A stretch of 63,817 bases of DNA, counting the filler, from Octopus bimaculoides (lineage: Eukaryota): the NCBI RefSeq assembly GCF_001194135.2. It is 5 parts of 5 records of this genome, joined end to end, with 100 filler letters (N's around TTAATTAATTAA, not from the genome) between each part and the next. Parts side by side here need not be neighbours in the genome. Positions count along the whole stretch, not along the records: positions 1 to 19,727 come from NC_068996.1; positions 19,828 to 38,584 come from NC_068993.1; 3 more parts are not named here. The stretch is one strand, 5' to 3'. The position numbers and the translations under genes were made by a program. Under the pieces are notes generated by a model. That model searched no databases. It was not told the origin of the DNA and saw only the letters and a program-made list of their open reading frames with translations. How positions within the stretch are numbered: position 1 is the stretch's first letter; every line of letters begins with the position of its first letter. This document shows, piece by piece, positions 13,241-25,145 of the stretch.

Positions 13241-13454
13241 ATATATATATACACACACTCATATATACATACATATATATNNNNNNNNNNNNNNNNNNNN
13301 NNNNNNNNNNNNNNNNNNNNNNNNNNNNNNNNNNNNNNNNNNNNNNNNNNNNNNNNNNNNNNNNNNNNNNNNNNNNNNNNNNNNNNNNNNNTATATATGC
13401 ACACACACACACACACGCACACACGCATGCACGCATAAATATATACATACACAT

Positions 13455-13519
<65 letters not shown>

Positions 13520-14100
13520 AATATGCAGTACCAGGCAGTGGCTCTCATGCCTTTTGATCTTAACTGATTGGAAGTGTTATCATGTACATTCCTTCATCTT
13601 GGTATAAAAGATGGACTACAGCAAATATTCTGCTTAATACCACAGATTTGCCTGTCAGTTGTTTGACCTTAACCAGTTGAACATGTCCCTTGGTGGCTGA
13701 CGATATGTGCATCTCTGATCACGAGCAGAAGTAGTGGGGGAGCATCATATCCATGTGTTGAGAAGAATTCTTTCGGGTTTGAATAATTCACCTTTGGAAA
13801 CATGGGTGTTTTGCTCAACATCCTTAAACAAACCTTATTCAGGGACCTTTTGAGCGGGATGGGCTACTCGACATGAAGACAATTTTAAGTGGGCCCCACC
13901 TGCGAGGTCATGCGCTGTCTATCTTGATATGAGATCACCATGTCGTGCACATATGGTTGTGATGCATATGCCTGGTGTACCCTTATCAGACGGGTAGTCA
14001 TGATGGGTGTAATGGGCTTCGTATATTTTACCCCAGTGTCACTTTGATGGCATGCACTGCTCTCTCACTCAATAATAATAATAATGATAATAATAATAAT
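13520..14100 (+). repeat. ~570-bp non-coding interspersed repeat E with (AAT)n tail (probable REL-LINE 3'UTR or non-autonomous partner)
   Basis: Pieces recur at 16350-16416 plus 17276-17356 and at 38685-39020. Preceded by (GAT)n and ends ctctcactc(aat)n. Confidence 0.65.
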
Positions 14101-14356
14101 CTGAGGAATCGGATTTGGCATGAGAGTAGTGCAACCCCCCCCCCAAAAAAAAAAAACCGCTCTGCTGGGGACAGCTAGAGTTTTGAGATTGGTGCTAGGG
14201 GATTGAATGTCTTCCACGATAATCAACATCCAATTATCAAAGCTTATAGTTTGCAGAAAGACACCCTGTGAAACCTCTGACAACAGGCTGCGGTCCACTC
14301 TCACAGAATCAACCAAAGCAAACAAATAAGACAACAACAACAACAACAACAACAAC

Positions 14357-14392
<36 letters not shown>

Positions 14393-14395
14393 TGC
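14101..14395 (+). mobile_element. Extreme 3' tip of an R4/Dong-type LINE with (AAC/AAT)n tail
   Basis: LRNRIWHE..TALLGTARVLRLVL* followed by a short UTR and tail. Confidence 0.65.
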
Positions 14396-14407
14396 AACAG
14401 TAATGAT

Positions 14408-15390
14408 AATTATTTCTTTTATTTCCACAAGGGCACAAAACATGGAGGACAATATCAAAGGACGAGATACAGCAAGCACAATGGTTTACATAGATTAAAG
14501 AGAGACGCTACAAAATTAAAGAGTATAACAAAGGATATATAAATAGAAATTAGAGAAATAAATAATAAATAAATAAATAATTAGAATCCCCAAGAGTGGA
14601 GCAGTCCACTTAATACGGAGAAAACCCCACTCAAAAGTCCCAGATTATTCTGTCATCCCCAAGGCATGGGAAGTGCCATCTTACAGTTTCTTTCCTCGTA
14701 CATAGAAAAACATACTCAGTTTAAAACCATTCGGTCTAATCAATCTTGCCACTCTCGTCTGCCTCTTGATAAACACACTAGAAGCCAGCACCTCCCTCTC
14801 TACCCTCAACTTTCTCTCCAGATGATATCTGAAGAAACTGATGAGAGCTTGACCAGATAGGAAAGTGGCTATCTTCAAACCTTTCAGACGTATCCACCAC
14901 ACAGCCTTTTTTTCCGTAGATATAGCTCTACCTACCTTCTCCGTTAAAAGTGGTGCGTCGAACCTAAGCAAATATTAGGCAGACAGCCGGATTCGTCTTA
15001 CACGAGACAGCAGCTGCTCAACCCTAGCCCACAAGTCTCTAATGCACGGATACTGAACGATTGCATGCAGGAATGTTTCGTCTCCCTGCATGCATCTCGG
15101 GCAGGTTTGGCTGTTGACGCTTCATTGCCTGAAGAGTTTGTCTCAAACAGGCAATGCACCCCTGTAGGACATCCATGCTAAAGGCTTGTGGAAGTTATCC
15201 ATGATCTTCGACCCAAAAGTCTTCCGGTAGAGACCACTCAGATTGTTCTCGTCGATGCCCACAGTCAATCCTACGCCATCGTCGCTCATACCCTCAACTG
15301 ACCATTTTAAAAACCTTGAATTAACGGTATTGTTCAGCCGGTACAATTCCGTGAGCACCTGGCAACATTCTAGATGCCAAACACCCAATC
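14408..15390 (-). mobile_element. Tx1/L1-clade LINE 3' part (second copy)
   Basis: LYRKTFGSKIMDNFHKPLAWMSYRGALPV and KKAVWWIRLKGLK. The 3' end is ggaaataaaagaaataa next to (TTA)n. Confidence 0.75.
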
Positions 15391-15409
15391 TTGGTCAACG
15401 TTTGATTAA

Positions 15410-15635
15410 AGACTAAAGTAAAAATAAAGGTACTTTGTCGAGTCAAACCGATTCATAAGGGCCGGTTTCCCGGTTTGGTGGTGCAGATATTCTCTACCTG
15501 GACAGGACGCAAGATTACATATTTTTGCCAGGTGAGTGAACTGCTCAAGAACACAACGCATCGCCCGGTCCACAAATCGAAACCACAATCTTACGATCAT
15601 GAGTTCAACTCCCTAAACACTGAGCCATGCACCTC
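15410..15635 (-). mobile_element. tRNA-derived SINE (family C/D), internally deleted, splitting the Tx1 remnant
   Basis: Head revcomp ggtgcatggctcagtgtttagggag..gtttcgattt..gttgtgttcttgagca. The tail gaaaccgg is shared with 26440-26470. Confidence 0.65.
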
Positions 15636-15689
15636 CAATTGACCAATGACTGCAGCTCTGTCAATGAAATGTGAGGTGGAAAGACGTGA

Positions 15690-16330
15690 CGTGCGAAGAA
15701 CGCTCACGCCAATTCAAGCTTGTTTTCGTCGCCGTCGATCACACCATTGCATTGATTTTGATATTTCTGCAGGTGCTTCAGCATCAACACGTGCAACGCA
15801 TCATCAAGAATGGGATCCCAAGACCACCACGGGGTTGGTGTTGATAGCAGATGAATTTTCTGACCAGCAGAACCTGAACCTTCCTCAAAAATCGAGGAGA
15901 GGAGGCATCCTTGGCGAACCGAACATTAAATACTTAAAGGTCCCGAGAAGTGGCCATTTAATTTCACGGCCGACAAGATGCCACTATACACTGTAGTGAT
16001 CCAGCGTCCAAAAACGAAACCGAAACCGACAGCTTTTAGGACAGCCACCACATAGCAACAGGGTATTCTGTCGAAGACTGTGCAAATTGATCAGTGCCCC
16101 TCCAAAGCCAGATGTATTCCTGGCACGTTTTAAGATGTATTTCATTAGGTGGATAGATCTACTGAGGTTCGCACAGATTTGTGCGTCCCGACTACACTAA
16201 CGACAACAAGCTCCAGCCTCTTATTGAACACCTCAGGTAAAATATTTAACTTAGTGTTGAGTAGAGTCATGGACCTGAAGTTTTCAATCACGTCCTCCCT
16301 TGTTCAGATCCTTCCGCAGTTGCCAAAATC
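15690..16330 (-). mobile_element. Tx1/L1-clade reverse-transcriptase fragment
   Basis: Minus translation DAQICANLSRSIHLMKYIL..GFGGALINL..SVRQGCLLSS. Confidence 0.7.
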
Positions 16331-16416
16331 AGAGCAAATAATAAATGCCATGATGCAGTACCAGGTAGTGGCTCACATGACTTCTGACATTAACTGAGTG
16401 GAAGTGTTATCATGTA

Positions 16417-17275
16417 TGAGGTCTGATCAATAACTATCCGGACTGTTGCCATAGTAACGGAACTAAAGCACGGAAAGTGAAGTCGCTTGGCACCGATTGA
16501 CTTTGAACTCTGCTGAACATGCGCACTAAGTTTTAACGTTCTAGGTCACTTCCGCTATTTACAGCAGTGCTTGGAAGAAAGGAAGGTATATAGTGTGTGT
16601 CGTCGCATTGACCATGACAGAGAAAGTTGACATGGCGATACCTGCTCAGAGACCTACGCAAAGTTGCAGAATATGTATGGAGAGGTGTGTATAAGCCGCA
16701 CACAAGTGTACAAGTGGTTCAGATGTTTCCAAAATGGCCGAAAAAACGTTCTGGGAGACTTGCAACCAGCAGAACTGAGAAAAACATCGCAGATGTGCGT
16801 GAAGCTGTGAGGGAAAATCGTCGAATCACCATCCGTGAGTTATCAGAGGATGCGCAGATGAGTTGCAGTTCAGATCAGTCCATTATCACTGAAGATTTGG
16901 GTATGAGATGTGTGTCTGCCAAGTTTGTGCCAAAGCTGCTTTCAGCAGACGAAAAATACACTTGGGTTTCAGTTGCACAAGATCTCCTTGTTTGTGTCGA
17001 AAACTTTGTCTAGGCCTCTGAACAGGTATCGCCAAGCTTTTGGCAAAATTTGTTGCAGATACTCTGCTCAACTTTCTCATGGTCAATGCGACGATCACAC
17101 GCTACATACCTTCCTTCCAAGCGCTGCTGTAAACAGCGGAAGTAAGTTAGAGCGTTAAAACTTAGTGAGCATGCCCAGTAGAGTTCAAGGTCAATCTGTG
17201 CCAAGTGGCTTCACTCTGCGTGCTTTAGCTTCGTTACTATGGCAACAATCTGGATACTTATTGATCAGACCGCGT
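16417..17275 (+). mobile_element. Non-autonomous mariner with two inverted 5' ends, TA target duplication, inserted in repeat E
   Basis: TA|tgaggtctgatcaataactatccggactgttgccatagtaacg ... cgttactatggcaacaatctggatacttattgatcagaccgcg|TA. The interior encodes the transposase N-terminus (VRENRRITIRELSE..DLGMRCVSAKFVPKLLS). Repeat E resumes after the right TA. Confidence 0.9.
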
Positions 17276-17525
17276 ATATATTTTGTCATGGTGTAAAACA
17301 AGTGTTACAACAAATATTCTGCTCAATACTGCAGATATGCTTGTCAGTTGCTTTGTCGACACACATACATACATACATACATACACACACACACATACAT
17401 ACATACATACATACATGCGTTCATGCATGCATGCATACATATACATACATACATACATACATACATACATACATACATACATACATGCATGCATGCATAC
17501 ATACATACATACATACATGCATACA

Positions 17526-17558
<33 letters not shown>

Positions 17559-17789
17559 GCATGCATACATATACATGCGTACACTTATATATACATATAT
17601 ACTTGCGTTCATTTACATATATACATACGTATACGTACACTTTATTTTTGTAAGTGGCAGAATGATAGACCTGCCCCATCGAATCATTATCAAGTGTACT
17701 TGAAAAGCCGTAGCTTTGAAACGATCGCACTTCCAGTTAAATAAATAAATAAATAAATAAACTCGTCATATGCAGCAGCTTAGACTCTA

Positions 17790-18260
17790 GACGTGGCTGT
17801 GTGGTACGAAGCTTGCTTCCCAGACACATGGTTCTGGGTTCAATCCCACTGCTTTGGACCGAGGGAAACCTTGGGACTGGGCTTGTAGTCGGAAACTGAA
17901 AGAAGGCTGTCGTATATATACATGTATGTCTATGTGTGTCTGTATTTATCTCCCCATCACAGCTTTACAACGAGTGTTGGTGCGTTTCAAAGCCATGGCC
18001 TTTCAAGTACACTTGATCATTATCATTTGGCGGGGCGGGTCTATCATTTTGCCCTCCCCCCCCCAAAAAAAAGTGTACGTATATGAATGTATATATGTAT
18101 GTGAACGCAAGTAACTTAGCGGTTCGGCAAAAGAAACTGGTAGAATAAGTACTAGGCTTTAAAAAAATTAAAAGTTTTTTTTTTGGGGGGGGGGTCAATT
18201 TGTTCGACTATAACCCTTTGAGGCGGTGCTCCATGACTGAAACAGGTAAAAGAATAAAAG
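17790..18260 (+). mobile_element. SINE family B interrupted by an inverted copy of nearby sequence
   Basis: Head gtggctgtgtggtacgaagcttgcttccc..gggttcaatccc; the 3' half gtaacttagcggttcggcaaaaga resumes at about 18112. Confidence 0.75.
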
Positions 18261-18704
18261 AAGTCTATGANNNNNNNNNNNNNNNNNNNNNNNNNNNNNN
18301 NNNNNNNNNNNNNNNNNNNNNNNNNNNNNNNNNNNNNNNNNNNNNNNNNNNNNNNNNNNNNNNNNNNNNNNNNNNNNNNNNNNNNNNNNNNNNNNNNNNN
18401 NNNNNNNNNNNNNNNNNNNNNNNNNNNNNNNNNNNNNNNNNNNNNNNNNNNNNNNNNNNNNNNNNNNNNNNNNNNNNNNNNNNNNNNNNNNNNNNNNNNN
18501 NNNNNNNNNNNNNNNNNNNNNNNNNNNNNNNNNNNNNNNNNNNNNNNNNNNNNNNNNNNNNNNNNNNNNNNNNNNNNNNNNNNNNNNNNNNNNNNNNNNN
18601 NNNNNNNNNNNNNNNNNNNNNNNNNNNNNNNNNNNNNNNNNNNNNNNNNNNNNATATATATATATATATATACATATATGAAATGAAATGAAAAATATAT
18701 ATAT

Positions 18705-19727
18705 ATATGTTGTTGTACTTGGGGATGGTCATATTGCTAGTTTAGCCAATAAAAACACACGCACTGTATATTTGGTGTTAATTTGCTTCAGCTTTATATT
18801 ACATTACATTACATTAATCCTATTTCGGCCAGAGTTCTTTCGTCACACTTCTGTGACCTCATCAGTGGTCCTTTGCTTTCTTCTTTCTTATGTGCGTCCT
18901 ACCTTGCTAACTATCAGTCATTTTGTATTTTGTATTCCTATTGTATGTGTCTACGCATGCGCATCCCTCAATGTGTGTCTATGTAAGTGCATGTGTGTGT
19001 ATGAGGAGTGCCTGTATATATCCTCTGTTAATACACGTTCGTTTATTTTTGTTTTTATTTATTTATTTATTCATGTGTTTATACCCAATTTATTCGTGTT
19101 TTTTTTTTTTGTATTTAATATAATTTTGTTAACGTATGCAGTATTTAATTCCATTTGTTTATCTATGTATTGTATTATATTTTGTTCATATTGTTATCGG
19201 TTTATGGGGAATTTATTGTCATATGTTGTGGTTTGTTGGGGTGTGTGCTAGTGTTCCATTCTAGTTTCCTATTCAGGCTAGGTTTATCTTCTATTATATG
19301 TGTAGCTTCTGTAATTTGTCTAAGTGCTGCGTCTGTGCTACGTGTGGACAAGATTTTAATTTCTATGTTGTTGAGTGAGCCTCCGTGTTCCTGCTTAGCG
19401 TGCTAGTACAGAACTGATGAGCTCTTCTCTTCCTTAAGTTCCCTCCAATGTACATTTGCCTGCTCCCCTATGCTCCGTGCTGTTTCACCTACATATGTCG
19501 TTGTCTTGTTAATGCATCGTCCCTCTGTACATCTTATACTATAGACCACATTTCTGGTTTTACAGTTTGTTTGTTGGCTAAATCTACATACAGTACAGTT
19601 CCTATCAGTGCAGGGGGTTCTACTAAAAGGGTATGTTCTACTGATAAGGGATTTGATAGGGTTGCCTGGCCTTTCAACAACATTAATTCTTAGCTTAAGT
19701 TTGTCTAGGGTCATTCTAAAGCGGTAC
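18705..19727 (-). mobile_element. Penelope-like family 2, copy A (GIY-YIG end plus 3' repeat), cut by a gap
   Basis: ORF 19403-19714: PCTDRNCTVC..RNVVYSIRCTEGRC..TYVGETARSIGEQANVH (GIY-YIG with CCHH-type residues). Highly similar to 34595-35500. Ends at (TA)n. Confidence 0.85.
18827..18871 (-). ncRNA. Minimal type-I hammerhead ribozyme
   Basis: GGACCA-CTGATGA-G-GTCACA(GAAG)TGTGAC-GAAA-GAACT-C-TGGCC: intact CUGAUGA/GAAA core, 6-bp stem II, CUC triplet, stem I CCA/UGG. Confidence 0.7.
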
Positions 19728-19827
19728 NNNNNNNNNNNNNNNNNNNNNNNNNNNNNNNNNNNNNNNNNNNNTTAATTAATTAANNNNNNNNNNNNNNNNN
19801 NNNNNNNNNNNNNNNNNNNNNNNNNNN
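19728..19827. other. Assembly placeholder: 44 N + TTAATTAATTAA + about 44 N (also at 38585-38684, 58859-58958, 62647-62746)
   Basis: The identical 12-mer, which gives stops in all six frames, is centred in about 100-bp gaps four times. Confidence 0.9.
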
Positions 19828-19894
19828 TAACTTTGCTACCAAATAGTGGGGTCAGACAACATTTTCTCTAAATTAAAAAGTGAAAGAGGAGAAC

Positions 19895-19925
<31 letters not shown>

Positions 19926-20149
19926 CATACATACATACATACATACAGACAGACAGGCAGACATACATACATTAGAACTCCACTCCGTCGATCACGAATG
20001 ACGATGGGTGCACCGAAGAGGTTCCCCTCCACGGTACAAGTCTAGGTGAAAAGTCGCCTCAACGGCGAACGCACATCCTAGGGTTGTTTTTATGGAAGAC
20101 CAGCTTACCAGCCTCCCCTCTCCACGCCACCGATGTTATTGGCACCAGT

Positions 20150-20302
20150 GACGTTGCAACTCATTTCTACAGCTGAGTGAATTGGAGCAACGTGAACTAA
20201 AGTATCTTGCTCGAGAACACAGCACGCAGCCCGGCCTGGGAATCGAACTCACAACCACACGATCGTAATCTCGACACTCTAACCACTGAGCCATGCGCCT
20301 GC
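20150..20302 (-). mobile_element. tRNA-derived SINE family C, 5' part
   Basis: revcomp GGCGCATGGCTCAGTGGTTAGAGTG..GAGTTCGATTCCC..gtgttctcgagcaagatacttta..cactcagctgtag. Confidence 0.8.
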
Positions 20303-20769
20303 ATACATACATACATACATACATACATACACACATACATACATACATACATTACATACATAGATACATACATACATACATACATACATACATACATACT
20401 ATAATGGTTGTCTACTCGTTAGAGGAGCAAGACCATCGCTGACATTTTCCAAGCAATGCTCGTTCAAATGTTTTCAGTCGAATGCGGCTTGCACAATACT
20501 ACAACGACTCTCACTGGTAATATCAAGTAACCCACAGATAAGCAAAGGGCAAGATATCCGACTCACTAGAGCAGCGGGTTTTCTACATACAAGTTATCCT
20601 TCTCCTTGAGGGATAACTTGAGAAAAACGAAGGGCTCCTCATTCATAGTATGCTTACTGCACCCTTGGATACCTATCCGAGTATTTCAATGTCCCGGCGA
20701 ATACATACATGCCTGCAGACGTACATACATACATACATACATACATACATACATACATACATACATACA

Positions 20770-20884
20770 GGGCAGTGAACTCCTCAAGAAACACTCTCTT
20801 CCTCATGATCTCCTATACAGCTCCAAAACAACTGGGCTCTCTTATCTAAGAGAAGACCTGAATGGAAAGCACTCAGCATACAAG

Positions 20885-20920
<36 letters not shown>

Positions 20921-21823
20921 AGACCATGCATGGCTATGTTGTTCGGAAGCTTGAATAAGACAGTTGAATTGACACGAAGCACAGCCTCTTTTCAACACAT
21001 GACCACTACATCACATCACACTTAGAAAGCTATGCGTTTGCAATTCAAGAACAGGAGATTGCCACAAAGTACCTGGTGAACAAAAGAGACAATGACGTTC
21101 TTGAAATCCAAAGGTACAACTGCATGTGTAGGCTATGACATGTTTCTGTGGAAGACATTACGCATGTGATTAGCAGCTGTCCTGAAATATAATCACGGTA
21201 CTAACTCCCCATGCGGCACGATTTTGTTTCTAAAACAATTTACAATGCCATCCACAAAAAAGACTGTCCTGAAATAAACTTTGAAAATCCCTCTGTTATG
21301 AAATACATTCATAAACACCAACTCAAGGAATACTGGTGGAATATTCCCACCAAAACCTCTGTCAAATGTAAGCAGAACAGGCCGGATATTGTTGTTTGGG
21401 ACAGAGGGGCAAATGTATGTGTCATCATAGAGGTTAGCTGTTCTGCAGATATAAATATCTCTTTAAAAATCAACGAAAAAGAGGATATCTATGGACAACT
21501 GCTTCGAAACCTCCAGCTTCTATATCCAGACTATGAATTCATATTCATACCAATAATAATTGGAGAACTAGGTTTTGTTCGTAAATGTTAAAAGGAGAAT
21601 TTGGATAAACTGGGATTTTCAGAAAGAGAAATCGACAGGCTAATTCGTACATTACAAGTCCAATCTTTGAGTGGAACAATAAAAATATGCAAGACTTTTC
21701 TCAAGTTCCAAATAGGAATTTGTCTGTGTTAACTACATCCCAAAGATGGAGCCTTGTATCTTTGTTGAAAGCCGACTTCCTCCTCAGTGGAAGATTTATA
21801 ATAATTAAAAAATAGAAGAGACT
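20770..21823 (+). mobile_element. REL LINE family ('CATA family'), 5'-truncated, flanked by (CATA)n
   Basis: FAIQEQEIATKYL..CRL*HVSVEDITHVISSCP..RHD..RPDIVVWDRGANVCVIIEVSC..IPIIIGELG..KICKTFLKF. The 5' junction abuts (ACAT)n and the 3' end is gactacatacat. Confidence 0.85.
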
Positions 21824-22069
21824 ACATACATGACTGTGGATTCGTTAAGCGCGTATGACCATAAAGTGTAATACAGCATTACATGCGAGAACGACAATTA
21901 TTCTGGAATCCTGCCTGCGACTTTCAGAACTTGTTGCAAATTCGACATTCACATAAATTCTTTTGACTTCTTGGTTCTAGCTCATTCTCATTAATTTCTC
22001 TGTGCGCCCGCATGTGCCTAGATAAACCTAAGCGATTTATAGGCATTATGTTTGGCTGACAGTTCATGT

Positions 22070-22700
22070 GAGCTTGGCACTAGCAAGAAAGTCGTAACTT
22101 TTAGCAGGTCTTTCCTCGTGGCTTCTCTGGTGGCTCGCGTGGCCTGTGCGAAACATGCATATGCAGCCACGGACTTCACAGACTAGGCGAGGAATTGTAG
22201 TGTCAACGGTGCTGATCTCCGTATGCGTGGCCACTCGGCTGTATTTCACTGGAATGTGCTCACTCTATCATACACACTTTGCTTCCAGATTTTCCTATCA
22301 CGTGATATGTTTCCCCACCCCAGTTCTGAAAGCACCCAGATTCCCAGTGATTCTTTTAAGTTGCCCTTGAAACGCTTTCTTCACTTATATTGTGGTCGAG
22401 TGTTTTGCGGCAGTTCACCATACAGCATTTGCTTCGGAATTCTGCTGTCATCAAGACGCACAAAATAACCAACTCAACGCATACGGTATAGGCCTCAATA
22501 CTCATTGCATTGTCTCTTTCTAAACCTCCTTGTCAGGGGTATGAGTCATTCAGTTGACGGCTCATCCAGTTGATGACTCATCCAGTTGATGACTCATACA
22601 GTGGATGACTCACCCAGTAGATGTCCAGGATGCTGGTGAAGGCGTGCAAGTCTTTTTGTGTGATGGTGATACACTATCCTTATTTCACACAAAAATAATA
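22070..22700 (-). mobile_element. RTE-clade LINE, C-terminal fragment
   Basis: TKRLARLHQH..IPDKEV..RLDDSRIPKQMLYGELPQNTRPQYK*RKRFKGNLK. Confidence 0.75.
22541..22620. repeat. 16-bp minisatellite x5 inside the RTE fragment
   Basis: Units atgagtcattcagttg / acggctcatccagttg / atgactcatccagttg / atgactcatacagtgg / atgactcacccagtag. Confidence 0.9.
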
Positions 22701-22776
22701 GACATGTCAGTGCCCAAGCATTGTAAACTGCCAACTTGATGCAATTTTTACATACATACATACACACACACATACA

Positions 22777-22809
<33 letters not shown>

Positions 22810-22820
22810 GCATACATACA

Positions 22821-22960
22821 TTGCCCAACGGATGTTAACATAAAGCTGAAGATCAGTGAAAAGATAATACCTACGCTGAACTATTGAGAAATCTACAGTT
22901 ACTCTATCCAGATTATAAGTTCAGATTTATACCTGTAATTATTTGCTGGAGAAATAGACT
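22821..22960 (+). mobile_element. Third, short 'CATA family' REL fragment
   Basis: CPTDVNIKLKISEKDNTYAELLRNLQLLYPDYKFRFIPVII, directly after (CATA)n. Confidence 0.8.
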
Positions 22961-25145
22961 CGGACGGATATTCTCCTTCTAGATGAAAACATCAAATCTA
23001 CCTTTCACACTCGAACGTATCAAATATGATATTACACAAATACATTTTATTCAATGCTTCTTCATACGACTTTATTTAATTCAAGCCTGACCAAGTTTTA
23101 TGCACATATGCATACGTACCGCTTTCTGTTTTGATATAAGAACGAATCGTTCCTTTCGATTTGTGAAACAGATTTTGGGTTCATGGCCGATGACAAATAA
23201 AAAAAAAAAACAATCTAGAAACACATGCGTTCTACAATTCAGTTACATTATTCGCAGCCCTGTTTGTTTTCACATATGTCGTCTAAGAGGATATTTTTCT
23301 CCCGAAACAATTTCTGCTGCAAAAGTTTCCCCATATCCCTGTATATAGCTAATGCGTTTAATTATTTAACTAAAGAGACGGCAGTTGGATATCCATACCC
23401 AGATGATATGACGGAGTGTTACAGTAACGATAAATATATGAAGAGTTTTAATCTAATCGAATCTATGGAAGAAATTCCAGCTCAGCTTCTCTACAAGCAA
23501 GCTCGAGTGTAGGCAATAGGTTAAATCCTAGTAGACTCTTTCTACTGTTTAGAGTGAAGAAAAGAACAATGTGCAATAATTTACATTTGAAATATCTTGG
23601 GAGGATTAGTTCCACACTTTCCAGTTTGTAATGCTGGGGGTCAATTCTGTCAATATATTCACGAGCTGAAGGCCCTGGAATTCCTCTTTATCTCTTTTTA
23701 AGATAGGATAAGGTGCTGCAATAGTTTGGAGTTCAAACATGTTCAGTTTTTCGACGTCCATTCATAGAAATATAAATGTTCTTTATGACTGGTGATGCGC
23801 CGGCATCACAAAAAGAAACACTAGTGAGGAAAAGAAAATCGTACTAATTACAACCACCAAATGTCAAGCTCTAAATGAAGGCTGTAGCAACACGGTAGGC
23901 GATGCAACATTATCGCCATAACCTACTAGGTGGAACCAGTCTTTGCAAATATGTCATTAGTGTGTCTATTTAAATCATACAAGGAGTGTACTTCTAATGT
24001 CATATGTCCTATTAAAAGAAACTGCAAGACGCTAGCTGAGATTTCGACAAAACTTGTGGCCATGTTCAGAGTTATAGTGAGGTGGCTTGATTGAGTTCAG
24101 CTAATCAGTAAACAGTAATGAAAATTGGGATTGATTACAAATGAACAAATTTGGAACTCAAACCGCTTTATTTGAGTAGTAATTATAACAAATGAGGTGG
24201 GTGCAGAGCGGACTGTTTTATTGTTGTTGTCATTGACTGCCACTTATGGAAAGGTAGTGGTATTAGTTTTGATGAATAAAATAAACATATATTTTTACTT
24301 GATTTTGGGGTGTGGTGAATGATGGAGATCAAAATACAAAATCTATTAAATGTTCAACTTCGATTATCTGCAGAATCAATTACCTTCCACTTCACCAACC
24401 TAATCAATACTTGGGTATATAGTATTTTCTAACTATAGATCAATAGATTTTTTTTCTAACAAAGCAAATACCATCAGCACAAGAGAAATAAAACACTAGG
24501 AAGGAAAGTAGCCGACATGTTTAATCATTAAAGTAAATACAGAAGCTTTAGACACTGGGGTAGATGAGTCGAGAGGGTAGCAAAGTAACGATAAAAGGGT
24601 GGAGTGTCGGAACCTAGAGTTATACAGCCGAAACCCTTCCCGCCCGTTCTTTTAACAAACTTCATGATAAAACGTCTCAGTGCTTTGTACAAGACTTGCT
24701 CTGTATATTTCTAGAAATTAATAACAAAAAAGTTACAAGCATTTAAAGTTATGTAATTTTAGCCTCTTGAAATCGTCCATTGTCAACATATTGGAAGTCG
24801 AAACTGTTAATTGTCATATTAAATCAGCAAAAAAGATGACGAGCCAACGAAAACGAAATTTTTACGAGGTCCCTAGGCCTGCTATAAATAGTAGAAAAAT
24901 AGCAAACAAATCTTCCTTAGATTACACCCATACTTAAAAAAACAAACAAACAAACAAAAAACCGTAACACGTTGTGCGATTTAGTTGAGGGGCATTCATT
25001 TTTCAATCATTACTGAAGTATCAATGCCTCCTAACATGATCTTAAATTCACAACGACACCAGACACATTTATCATACGTAATCATAAATACGTTGCATGT
25101 ATTAATAATAAATACGGACTCAGCGTGTTTGACAGCAGAGTTGGT

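Noticed and set aside
19772-19783. TTAATTAATTAA islands between gaps (also 38629, 58903, 62691)
   Set aside because: An identical six-frame-stop 12-mer centred in about 100-bp N blocks is a scaffolding placeholder, not biology.
23225-23780. ORF 23225-23512 and adjacent minus-strand peptide-like stretch
   Set aside because: I could not match either to any family.
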